A DNA stretch of 64,000 nt. Origin: Octopus vulgaris (taxonomy: Eukaryota). Below, piece by piece: positions 39,501-52,861 of this stretch. The stretch is from positions 140,678,001 to 140,742,000 of the forward strand of contig OX597816.1 in NCBI GenBank assembly GCA_951406725.2, read 5' to 3'. The translations under genes and the position numbers were made by a program. The notes under the pieces are model-generated. The model saw nothing but the letters and a program-made list of their open reading frames with translations. It searched no databases and was not told the origin of the DNA. Position 1 is the stretch's first letter, and each line of letters opens with the position of its first letter.

Positions 39501-42500
39501 TAGCTGTTCCTGTGTATCCATCACATATGAAATCCTTCTTGTCTGTCAACCTAACTGAGATTCAACTGCTTCTTTTGTGTACCAATTGTTTGCAGTAGGT
39601 ACAAAGTGTAAAGTTTTCTTTCTACATACTGAACATGGTCAATTCCTTGGTGGTGTGATATTCTGCTTTCTTCACTGCTCACAAAAATGTTCATCTTTCC
39701 CAGTTCAGTTTTAGGCCTTGGTTCTAAGTCCTGCTTCCACATTAGGAACTTAAACCTTTAATTCTTCAACTGATTCACGAAGACCTGAGTATTAAGACTC
39801 AAAAAAATCACTTATTGACACAACATAGCCTTTCCAAGATTCACTTGCTTATACACTACATAAACTTACCAACACCCTGCAATCATTAAAAAAATACTCA
39901 TCTATTACACATTTATCCTATCATTTCTCTCAGTTGCATCCTTCTGGAATTCTCACCCATCCTATACTCAAGAAGGCCTATCCTCCATAGCAGAAGTGTT
40001 AAGGTCACTCCTCCTGGTGAAGAAGATTGGCCTGCAAAAGTCGTGTGCTGGTGTCACATAAAGAGCACTCATGCTGGTGCCAAATGAAAAGAGCTCCATG
40101 TGGTGCCACATTAAAAGCACCCAGCACACACTGTAAAGTGGTTGGCATTAGGAAGGGCATCCAGCCATTGAAACCAAGTTAAATCCGATTATAACCTAGT
40201 ACAGCTCTCCAGTTCTCCTGCTCTGCTCAAACCATCCAACTCATGCTAGCACAGAAAATTTACATTCAAGGATAATGATGATGACACTGACCTGTAAAAG
40301 TTCAAACTAAACAACAATCACATCTGTCTCACAAGTGGTGATCTATACAGATCATAGACACTCCTTCTCTTTAGGCATGCTGAGTCTGATGAATAAACAC
40401 ATTGGGAGAAGATAGCCATTCCTGCATCCATCCTCTTACTACTATCATTACATTCTGTGGCTAATAGCCTCTCTACTTCATTACCTATTTCATTTGTACT
40501 ATCAATTCACTGTTATTATCACTACTATCAGCATCACTCCCCTTTACCACTAAATATACCACCACACGACTACATTACCACCTTCAACACCATTTCATTA
40601 TTATTATGCTGTCATTAATCATCATCATATTACTACTTCATTGTTATCATTGCAACACCACCAGGCTGCAATGACATAACTACCATCCCCACATTAATAG
40701 ATTTATCTTCCTAATATATATAGATTATAGGGTTAGTAGCAATGTAGTAATGTAAACCATCTCTCCCTAATTACAGATTATGCTGGCGACCGAAGAGAAG
40801 GAATTAACCACTCAGTCAGCAGTGAAGTGTCCACTATATTTAAAGGGAAAACTACAAATCAGTTGTTACTCCTACAGGAACAGATGAAGAAGAAGTTGCA
40901 AGGAGGAGAGGGCATTGATATCGGTAAATTTAACCAGGCTTTAGTGTTATTGCAACTGTGACTGTCCTTTCTCTATCCTGTTGCTTATTACTTGGGCTGC
41001 CACTGTCTAGTTGATAGCATGAAAAGGATGTTTTGATCCTGTTGCTACCATTATTGTCACTTCTCTTGTCCTGTTATCCTCTACTATCATTCTCTTTCCT
41101 GTTGCTATCATTACTGGGGATGCCTCTCTCATTTTGCATCTCTATAGCTTCTCTATTGTTGTTATTTCCACTGAATCAACTTTTGATCCAGTAGAGATAA
41201 CAACACTACTAAGGAAGTATCTGTCTTGTCACAAACGCTGCTGACACAGTCTCATCTCCATAAAGCTAACTCCACAAAGCTGCTATTGTCCTCTATTTTT
41301 CTATACTTGACATCCAGTATTCTGCCACTATCTTTACTTGACTGGCTGAATATTGTGACAGTCCATACTTAACTAACTGCATCTTGTTGCTAACTGTGCA
41401 TGAGGGTGTCATCTACCAAGTTGCTAAAAGATTAACAACAGTAATGATAGCATTGTAGCACAAGAGCTATGACCACCAGGTAAACAAAACAACTGTTTCA
41501 CAACACAGTATGTGTGTTGATACAAAAATGTTACTGTTTTGAACTGAAGTAGCACCATGCTGTGTTGTGAACAGTTGTTTTGTTTACCTGGTGGTCATAG
41601 CTCTTGTGCTACAATGTTATCATTACTGTTGATGTGTTGTGCTTTCAACTAAAAGTTGTATAATCTCCTACTCATTTATTGAATGGCAGGTGCCTTTGTT
41701 GCTGGGGTTTTTTTTTTATTGTTTAACCCTTTAGCATTCAAACCGGCCATATCTGGCCAAAATATTTAACCTGTTTTATATTGAAACTGACCAGATCTCG
41801 CCTCTCACCTCAGCCCTACCATGTCATTCTAAAACTAAAAAATCACATCACTGAAATCTCTAAACTACAAGATAATGCATGATTAATTCAAACCATTTTA
41901 AATAAACAAACATCACATTTGATAGAATAATCTGAACACTAAAGGGTTAAGTAATGCAATATATTTTATCGTCATTCTTCATCTGTCTCATGGAAATAGG
42001 TTACACCAGGTTTTCTTGGAATGTTACCAATGAGGATTGACTGGCATTCTATCTGTAATGGTGATATTTTAACTTCATTACACCAGATAGCTAAACACTG
42101 CCTCCATAATAGCCTTTTGAGAGACTTTTTAGCAGTCATTGGCAGTAAAGTAGGAAGAGAACAATGATCTAATTTGCAACTAATGTGAGATTTGAAATTT
42201 TACATTAGTAGCTTAAATCTTCTTAATCTGCTATACACTAGCGAGGAAAAGATGGGCAGTGCTTAGGGTCTTTTTGGCCCTCCATGCTTAGTGGGATTGG
42301 TGCATTTGATGCTTAGCCTGAACATCTACAGGCAGGGCGTTACCTGACTTTTAGAGGCCCCTGCAACATTTTATTTTGAGGCCTCATCTCTTCAATCAAA
42401 GTTCATAACCTACACACCTTTTATTTATAGCTATATTTTACGTTATCCTAAAGAACATCTTTAAAAGTACAAGTTAAATTTACTTAGGGCTGGAACTATC

Positions 42501-45500
42501 ATATTATTTCATGCTTAGGAAGGCCAACATTTAATAGGGTTGAATATTTATTCAATGGACTCACAAATATCAGAAGACCAGCATTTCAAAATAACGACTG
42601 TATGCGAAGGAATTAAGGCAAATTTATAGTTCCACACCCAGCTCAATTTCAGTAGTAAATAATTTTTTCCTGCGTTTTTTTTTTTTTTTTTTGTGCAGTC
42701 ATCTTAGTTGACCTTGTAGGCTGTCAGAAATGCATTTTCCCATGGAAAATGGAGTGGGTGGGAGTGGGGCAGACCCTCAGAAATCCCCCTTTCTGACCCC
42801 ATCTCCAGCGTTTTTTTGTTGGAATTGTCTTAATTGACCTCATAATGTGTGGGAAATGCATTTTTTCCCATGTAAAATCAAGTGGCTGGGGCAGAACCTT
42901 GGAAATTCTCCTTTCTGGCCTCTATTTCACTTGGGAAAAATTTTTTTCAGCGTTTTTTTTTTATTATCATCTTAGTCAACTTCTTTATATACTGCAAATG
43001 CATATTTTCTGTGGAAACGGGGGATGGGGTGGGGTGCACCCTCGGAAATCCTCCAGCCCTGATTTCACTGGAAATTTTTTTTCAACTTTTTTTTTTTTGC
43101 TATCATCTTAGTTGAGCTCCTAATATACTGCAAATGCATTTTTTACATTATCAGGTCTAGTTTTCATGTCTAGTTATCATGTCTAGTTTTCAAAAATATA
43201 TAATTTGAAATAGACTTGATAACAGGAGTGGCTGTGTGGTAAGTAGGTTGCTTACCTACCTCAGGGTTTCCAGGTTCAGTCCCACTGCATGGCACCTTGG
43301 GCAAGTATCTTCTACCAAAGCCTTGTGAGTGGCTTGAAATTATCACTTAACTTCTTAACCAAAGTAAATAGATGTCTCATATATGTACTTTGATCTTAAC
43401 ATGGGGCCCCTCAACTGTGGATGCCCCCCTGTGATTGCAGGGGTTGCAGGGGCTTAGCGATGGCCCTGTCTACAGGAAAAATATAAATGGGAAAAGAAAC
43501 AAGGTCTGAATACTACAATATAGTAAACTTTGCTAATGACACCAAAGGATCAGTGGTTCTAGATTCAATACCACTGTATGATACCTTGAACAAGGGTCTT
43601 CTACCATAACCTAAGATTGACCTGATCCTTGTGAGTGAAATTGGCTAGTTAGAAACTGTGTAGAAGCCTGTGTGTAAAGAGAAAAGTTTGGTTGTCTTAA
43701 TGCACTACATAGTGTAACACAAGCACCTGATCCTTGAATGTCTTCAGCAAAATTCACTCAATTCAAGCTTTCAAACCAGAACCCTTTAACTGCTGTACCT
43801 CATAGGCTTAATTTGTTGCTTGGTTTAATACTACCATCTGGCCCTGGGTGTCGTTAGAGGAGTGCATTCTGTTGCTAGCATTTGAGATAGGTTTCCTGTC
43901 TGATACTATGTCCCTTTCTCTGACCAGACTTAGAGGCATTATATAAGGTTATGGGTGCAGCCCTTATTCATTTGACTAATATTTTACCATAAAAATGAAT
44001 AAAAGAATGAAAAGAAAAGAAAACACTGATGGCATGACTACAACTAGCATCTTTACTACTGCTACAGTTATTTCTCCTTTGTATATAAGGTAGTCCTAGG
44101 GGAAGTGTGGGGTGGGCCGTACCCATGACCTTTTACATTGGTGAGATTGATGAAATTGGTGCATATTCTGAACATTTGTTGGTGCGGGTCTTTAGGAATA
44201 AAATATCATGTAGTGGTAGGGTGGGATTTGATTTGAAAGCTTGTATTGAGTGACCTTTGTTAAAAGCACTCTAGGGTCAAGTGCTTATGTGTTAAATCAA
44301 ACACAGTCCCACCCCTCCCTACACATGTTTCTAATAAAGAAGAAAATCATACCTTTGGCAACCATAGTCTTGGGCAAACCGCAGCCAATAGAACTTTCTG
44401 CATGGCATGCCTAATGAAAAATTACCTTCAGTGCTTTTAGTAGTGTGGCCCACTTGATGATTAGCCACATCTCATGCAGCCTGCTTCTTGTAAAAGGTTG
44501 CTCATATTTGGCTTATATTATGTGCAAGCACTAAGTGGATGCCCAACAAGAAAGTGAAAATGAATGGAGACTCATGCATGCCAGAACAAGGCTGGAGTTA
44601 GTAGAATGAGTTGTTGATGAGTGAAGATGCGGCAGCAGGTGGCTCATCATCACACGAAAAGAATTAGTTTAAATAAGGAATACAAATTTTTCCTTATCTT
44701 TAAGTTTTTAGGCATCCTGAATCCATTCATTCAAGGATAAGCTGATGTAAAATATGTCATCAGGTAAGAATAACTATTAAATACATAATTTGTATTTGTA
44801 TTAAGTTCTATTTTCTGTTATGCTACAGGCTACTGGGAGTCATTGATGTCACAGCTGAATGCACACATTGCAAGGACAAGGCTCAGAGAAAGACATCAAG
44901 ATGTCCTCCGCCAGAAATTATTCAAATTGAAACAAGAGGTAATTTTTGTTGTCATCATCAGCAACAGCATAGTACTCATCAAAAATTATAGGATTTTATT
45001 AAGTATAGAATAGATTATGCAAACACAAATTTGAGAGAAACTTTATAGATAGCAATAAAGTGTTCCTCATTACACCATTTTGAATGTGGAAATGTTTTCT
45101 TATTGTATTTTATGCTATTATCTGTCACTAAACATTCTCAATCTCCCTCTCACTCTTTCTTCTTTTCTGTATCCTCCTCACTATTCACACATCCAAAGCA
45201 GTCCAGCTACTACTCAACAGAGTAGATCTATTTTCAAAAGTGGTTATCTAATATGGTGCTTAACCTACAACAAAGAATGTTCTATTGTAGAAGTTTTCCT
45301 ATTGTAAAGGCTTTTGTAGAAGCTGTATTGCAGTGAAAGCTATCCTATTGAAAAAAAGGATTTACTTCAATTTCTTCCAATTTCATGATAGTTCTCATTT
45401 CCCATTGTATGCTACTTTATATATCTGGTACCTTTTTGCTATCTATTGCTACACATTATCATATATTTATTGTTAATTCACCCTTGTTGTATATCTAAAA

Positions 45501-48500
45501 TACATTTGTTGCTATCCTTCATCTATGAAATCTAAGGCTTAGCTTTCTCAAGGTATATCTACCACTTTCATTTGTTTCTTAGTACTATTTCACCCAACTC
45601 CTAAACTGACACTATGTTCTTCATATGGTCAAGAATATGCTACCATTTCAGTAAGATAAGATGTGCCAAGGCAAAAAAGGAAAAGCAATTCGAAACAGAC
45701 CACCCAAGTTACAAATCAGAAGGCAAGATCAAAGAAAACCTATCTTTCAGCTATACACCGCCTGCACCAACATCAACACCTTCACTGACACTCCAACAAC
45801 AACAACAAATGTAATACTCACATGTACAACATTAATCACAGTAGTTGTGTAAGAGGTAGTTTCTGAGTGTACAGCCATGTCTCGTGATTCTAAGACTAGA
45901 TTTGCTGCTGTTTTTCAGCTGACAGATTTAAAAAACAATATTTACCAAAGAAGTAACTTTACATTAAGGAGTGCAGCTTGATAAAATAAGTAGCAGTCAA
46001 GAACATGAGTAGCCTCTCCACCTCAAATTTCAGGCCTTGTACCTATAGTGGAACAGGTTATATGTCTGTTACTCTGTTCATCTTGAATAAATAATTACAT
46101 TCAAGCTGTTCATCAAACAACTATGATTTGATCCAGTCCCTGCCATACATAACACACTGTCCCAAAATGTTTTTGGTATGAGAAACACACATCTTCAGGA
46201 CTACTTATAAACCTTCATTGTATATGACTTGATAAACAATTTTTTTGTGACTCTTTATGCCTATGACTAACAAGATAAGCTGGCTAGTATTTTATCTTCA
46301 TTGTGTATTTTATTACAGCAAGGAATTGAGTCTGCTCCACTGTTTCCTATCATGGTTGAAAGTGAGGGTCCACAGAGAGTTCCTGCAAACAATAATGTAC
46401 CACAGCCAAGTTCAAGTTCAGCTGATGGTGGAAGTGAATCTGTAACAACACAGAATAAAGTCGACTCCAGTGTAACAGCACCAGCAAACACTTCTGAGGG
46501 AGAAGAAATGCAAGATGGAGCCACGTAAGTCAGGTTTTTTTTAAATAACTCAAAATTATTTATGACGTTGAGATTTGTTGCAAGCAATGTCGCTCAGACT
46601 TGAGTTCTTTTTGTTATGGCTGTAATGTGGTTACTACTGATTATGTTATACAGTGTGTTGTTCTATATTCTTTGTGATATGGATTTAACTCAGTTAATAC
46701 TGAATATGTTATGTGGATTGTCATATATCTTTTGTGACATGGTTGTAACATACAAAGTTTGTATAAAAAAAAGAACAATTAACTGTTTTTTTAAAAAGCC
46801 AAATTTTCACTTTACAATTTAATGAAACTTATCTCCTTCAGTATAGTTCCCTCTCCTGTTGGTAACACTGCTTTCAACATTTTCTTATTGTTTTGGAACA
46901 TGGCCTGATGCATTTTCAAGTGTGCTATTCATGTAGTGAAGTTTTTTGATTTCCTCTGTTATCTAAAATCAGTGATCTTTCAGACTGGGTGTCAACTTTG
47001 GGAATGCAAACACATAAGCAAGGGCCAAATCTAAAGAGCAGGGCACCATGTTTTGGCAAAACATCCTGGATAACAAGTGATATGTGAGCAGATGCATTAT
47101 GTTGCCTGATCCTAGTTTTGTTTATCCATTCTCTTGCGTTGTCTCTCTCAAATACCTCTAGACATCCAAGTAAAATTGTCTATTGATTTTCTGGTCAAAT
47201 GGAAGAAACTTGTGATAAAAGACAGCCTTCCATTCAAAGAAGATGTTCCAGCAACTCTGACATACCTGTTTTGGACACGGCAACAGTGATCCATCTAATT
47301 GCATTGAATGCCATTTTGTTTTCATTAAACTAGCAGAGATTTATATTTATCATCTGTTATTATAGTTTAAAAAAAGTGTTATTAGTATTCAAACAATCAA
47401 ACAACTGACTGATTGTTATTCTGTTCTGTTTTGTTTGTCTCTCAGCAGATTTAGCACAAATATTTTGGTAGCATGATGCATTTTAATTATTTTCTTTTAA
47501 AATCACATAGCAAGGACTTTTACAAATGCTTATTTCTTGAGAAATTCATTGGCAATACAGTGACGGGTTTTACAGATCACAGCACACACTTGTATATAAT
47601 TGTTGTCCATTGTCTTTGAAGATAATCCTGAGTTGGAATCATTTTTGATGTGTCTTCTTCCTGATTATAAATACTCCTGTTACACACGAGATTGTGTGTA
47701 ACTAAAGCAGTTCTCTCCATAAGCCTCTTGCATCATTAGAAAATTCCATACTGCAGCCTTCGGGCTTCCCAGACCCCAGTTGAACTGTCCAACCCATGCT
47801 AGCATGGAAAGCAGACGTTAAACGATGATGATGATGATGATGATCCTTCATTGTTTATGTTATGGCAAACCACCAAGTGTACTAAACATATATTCATTCC
47901 TGCGCATGTAGATTGATGACTAATTGATATAATGTGATATGGTTATTATTAAACTGCAGGCCAATGTCATCCATGTGCAGCACTATTATCACAAGCTCAC
48001 CATGCCAGCTGATTGGTGCACTGACTTAAAAGATTGTTTCTTTTTGAACAGACTTCATATTTGTAACTATGGTAACACTGAGTATGTTATGGTATTAATG
48101 AATATTGTATAATATTCTGATATATGTAATATTTACATTTTGTATAATATTCTAATTCCCCACAGCACTGAAACCAATCATTCTGATACTAATATTTATT
48201 GCAATATATATTTCATCAAAATTTTAAAGCCTGTTTATGAAGGTAAGAATTAATGTAAGAATTAATTCAATTAATATATTTGTTTAGTTCTGAACCTGTT
48301 TTCACTGAACAAGACTTAGTCAATCAGTGCCAAGATGACTATGAAAATGGTGGATACAGCCCAAAACTTCTTCGCTTGGATGAATTGGAGTTTGATGCCA
48401 TTGTCTTTGATCCTGCTGATGATATGAAGAAATTAGAGCTAGCTCGAGAACAGGTGTTAACTACAGGTCGAGTCAAAGTAAGTTTAGACTTAATTCTTTT

Positions 48501-51500
48501 TTTTAATGACATAATCAAAGGAAGAGGAGAAGTGCTATGATCTTTGCAGACCCATCCAAACATTTGAATATTTATAGATTGATATCTGTAGGAAAATTTT
48601 GGAGGGGAGACTTCCAGAGGGTTGTAGTTCTGGTGGGAAAGAACTGTGAGTGTGAGATATAGGTACCATACAGTAGGACTGGTGAGAAGAGGAGGAAAGA
48701 TGAGTTAGTCAGTTCAGATTGTTAGTCCAAAGGTGACGAAGCCAGTGTTGTATTGATTGAAAAGGCAGAGAAGGAACAGCATGTCTGTAAGTATGTGTGT
48801 TTGTGATTGAAACTACACTAATTAATCAAATGACTTTCTGCTTTCAATTTACGTGTGTAGCAGCAGCATGGTCGTATAGATGTCAGCACAGTATACCTGT
48901 GAGAGTCAAGCATATCTATTAATATCTGCATACATATCTATACATGTGCGCACGCGTGCACACACACACACACACACACAAATGCATAAAATATTTCTGA
49001 AAGTATGAATATAGTTTAGCTCTATAGATTTTTCAAATATGTATTGGTTTATATAGATTTGCAAATCAACATCTTATTTGAACAATAAATGCCCTTGATT
49101 CATAGACATGTCAAGTTTCCTTAACACAGAAAATCTGTTTTTCCATAAAAATTCTGAACTTAGGCAAAGCTGTGTGTTACTAATAATACACGTTTAAAAT
49201 AAAAACTGTTCCTTACACCATCATTTTCATTTTACATATCCATTTTTCCATTCTAACACAGGTTGGGCAGGCATTTTTCTAATACATTGTCTTACTACCT
49301 GTGGTTCTTTGTATTCTGATACAAACAACTGAAGAAACATGACAATTTTTGTTACTGTGTATGTCATATTTTCTTCAGCTTGTTTTTATGGTTGGATGTC
49401 CTTCCTATTGCCAACTATTTTAGAGTATGGACTGGGTGTATTTTATTGTGCCAGTGATACTCAATAGGTTTTCTGCGAGAACTACAGAAATTCCTTTACC
49501 ATGTATCAGTTTTTGTGTTTTGAAAGTGCAGTCAATGCATGCACAATCTTAAACCTTCTGAAAGAAGACCATTTGACTGACAGCAACAATTCAACGGCTC
49601 ACAGACTCTGTTCTTTTTTTTCTGTCTCTGTTGTTACTAGTATTTACTATACCACAATTTACTGCCTCCCAGGCTCATCCAGTTATCTCATCTTTTATGC
49701 TATTTCTGAACCAAACACTTTATATAGTCTTTCTGTCCCATAAACATAACTGTCTGGTATCCTGCCTTGCCTGTGTTTTTCCTGCAGGCACCAAAATAAT
49801 GATAACATCCAAATTGCTACCTCAGCAGCTGAAGGATATTAGAATTGAGGCTCTGCATTGTCATACTGCAGAAAAATGCGATCCTATATTCTGCAAGAAT
49901 CCTAAGAAAAATTCTTGAGGTTTGAGAAGATTTGCTGTTACCAAACTTCAAGGTAACATCCTTGCCAGCTAATATAGCATGTAACAGTTATAAAAATAAA
50001 TAATAATAATAATAATAATAATAAATATGCCTCCTTATTGATATGACTGTCCCAATCGATATAAACGTATCTGTCAAGACCTACCAGAAACTGAGCAAAT
50101 ATAAAGATCTGGAAATAGAAATCAGAAAAATGTGGAACCTGAAGACTAAGACAATACCTGTTGTCACATAGGTGCCCTGGGAATGATAGCACACGGGGCT
50201 GATTGCTACCTAACTCAGGTACCAGGAAACCCCAAAATGGCAGAAATTCAAAAGATAGTGCTCATGGGAACTGCTCATATCCTATGCTAAATACTTTCTA
50301 TGTAATCTCAAGTTTTAAAACAAACATAATTTTTGTATGGTTTTTTAGGCATTCACTAGTACAACACTAAGTACAAAACCAAATATATGGCACCCTAGGC
50401 ATAACATGAACTTCCGACTTGTCTCTTGAGGTCTCTGGGTGAGACTTGGAGCCAGCTTGTGCAAATGTAAAACAAAAGTCAAACATAGAATAATAATAAT
50501 AAGAATAATAATAATCCTTTCTATTAAAGGCACAAGGTACTTAATTTATTGACCCTCAAAGTCAACCTCAGTGGAATTTGAACTGAAAGGTAGTGACGGG
50601 TGAAATACTGCTAAGCATTTTATTCAGCATGCTAACAATTCCGCCTCCCTTTCTGTTCTAGCTGTAATGATCTCTGCTCCTTATAGTTACTAAATTTTGA
50701 ACCAACACTGCTTTGGGCCTATTTTTCTAAATAGACATTAAACGTCTCTGTCTTATACATGATTTGTTGATCATGTCACAGTTACTTATATATGATTTCT
50801 CTGTTGTAGACCTTTTGAATGAATGGCCAGTATCTTGTGTCCTTTCACCAAATAGCATTGTTTCCATAGCAAAGATATTTAATCCTGTCCACCTGGGTTA
50901 TAAATGACCAATCCACTTGTACAAAGAATATTTTGTTAGCTTCTTCTGCAGCTTGAAATCTTCCCATTTACAGGAAGACAACTGCAGTAAACCAGCCTTC
51001 TTACTTCTTATCAAACTCTTATCTTAGAAGATACACTGAACATTGAATAGTTAAATCTCTGCCACTGCCATCTTAAGTACTATAAACTGATAGAAAATAT
51101 AAGAAAAATCCTTAATCTACACGTTACAGCTCATGTTGACTACATCAGATCCAATCTCACCTCTCATAATTATCTCCATTATTTGTTGCTGACTCTTGAG
51201 AATCAGGACTATCTTTTGCCTTTCACCCTTTACTTGTTTCAGTCATTAGACTACGACCATGCTGGGGCACTGTCTTGAAGAATGGACTTCAGTACTTATT
51301 TTTTTATAAGCTTGGTACATACTTTATCAGTCTGTTTTGCTGAACTGCTAGATTACGGGGACATAAATATACCAACACCAGTCGTCAAGCAGTGACAGGG
51401 AACAAACACAGACACAAGAACACACACATATATACGACCAGCTTTTGTGAGTTTCCATCTACCAAATCCGCTCACAAGGCTTTGGTCAGCCTGGTGCTTT

Positions 51501-52797
51501 AGTAGAAGACTCTTACCCAAGATGTCACACAGTGGGACTGAACCTGGAACCATGTTGTTAGGAACCAAGCTTCTTACTATATAGCCATGCCTTACTGTTG
51601 TTTCATAGGTTAGCCACATGGTAGGAGTATTAAACTGACATAAGAGACAATGTTTCAGATTGGATTTATAGCTACAGTTTTCACATGAATTTGCTTCTTT
51701 CAGTTGGATATGGAGACTGAATTTGAAAAGAAGGCTCGTGAAGGGATGGGTGATGATGAAGCACAATTCAGTGTTGAAGTTGCTCTTGACCAACAAGCTT
51801 TCCTGTGGTCAAACAAGTATCGACCAAGAAAACCACGTTTTTTCAACAGGGTTCATACGGTAAGTTGTATCCCTTTTTCTTTATACATCTGTTATTGTTT
51901 TGTTTTTGTTTTATTGTTTTTTTGTAAAGGCTGTTGCCCTAGACATTGAAACAGTTTGGTAAGTAAAGTATGATTGGCTGCAGTCTATCAGTTGAAGATT
52001 GAAACATTGGCGGTTTGTGACAAGAATATTATGAGTGACACCTTGAAATTTCTGCTCCATGATAGCTATATTTTTTGTGTTATCAAGCTACATTCATGGC
52101 ACATCATTTAATGGCATTATGTCGTATATACATCGAACTTTCAAACACAGTAACTATTGTATCTGTTTCACATCAAAATATTAACCATTTATTGAATTTC
52201 ATGCATTGAATTAATATTTTTATGATGAATTGAAGATCATTTACTTTTTATACATTATTTACAATTGACAGATATGTTTCCTCATCTTGTTTGTTGTTAA
52301 CACAACGTTTCGGCTGATATACCCTCCAGCCTTCATCAGGTGTCTTGGGGAAATTTTGAACCTGGGTTCTCATTCCTAAAGTATTTTTCGATATTATTAT
52401 TATTATTCAGGTCACTGCCTGGAATCGAACTCAGAATCTTGGGGTTAGTAGCCCGCGCTCTTAACCACTACGTCATATACCCATGGGCATATGAATGCTA
52501 GAGGGTATATCAGCTGAAACATTGTGTTATCAACGATTAAGAAGAGGAGAAATATTTGTCAATTGTAAATAATGTAAATAATGCATATAATTCCTCATCT
52601 CTTAAATATAGAACTGGATTTACTTTTTATATTTAATAATTAATATCTATAATTTTAGTCTGGGTAGGCACTGACTATTTTCCCTTGGCTTCTTATCTCT
52701 GAATACCATAGAGAAAAATATAGAGGGAAAAGGCTAGGCATACTTAACTTTTGGTGTCTCTTGAGCCAATTAGTTGTCTTTTCTCTCTCTTTCTCTG

Positions 52798-52861
<64 letters not shown>

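Noticed and set aside
52410-52482. Functional tRNA gene
   Set aside because: No proper acceptor stem. It is embedded in a TSD-flanked element, so it is treated as a SINE head.
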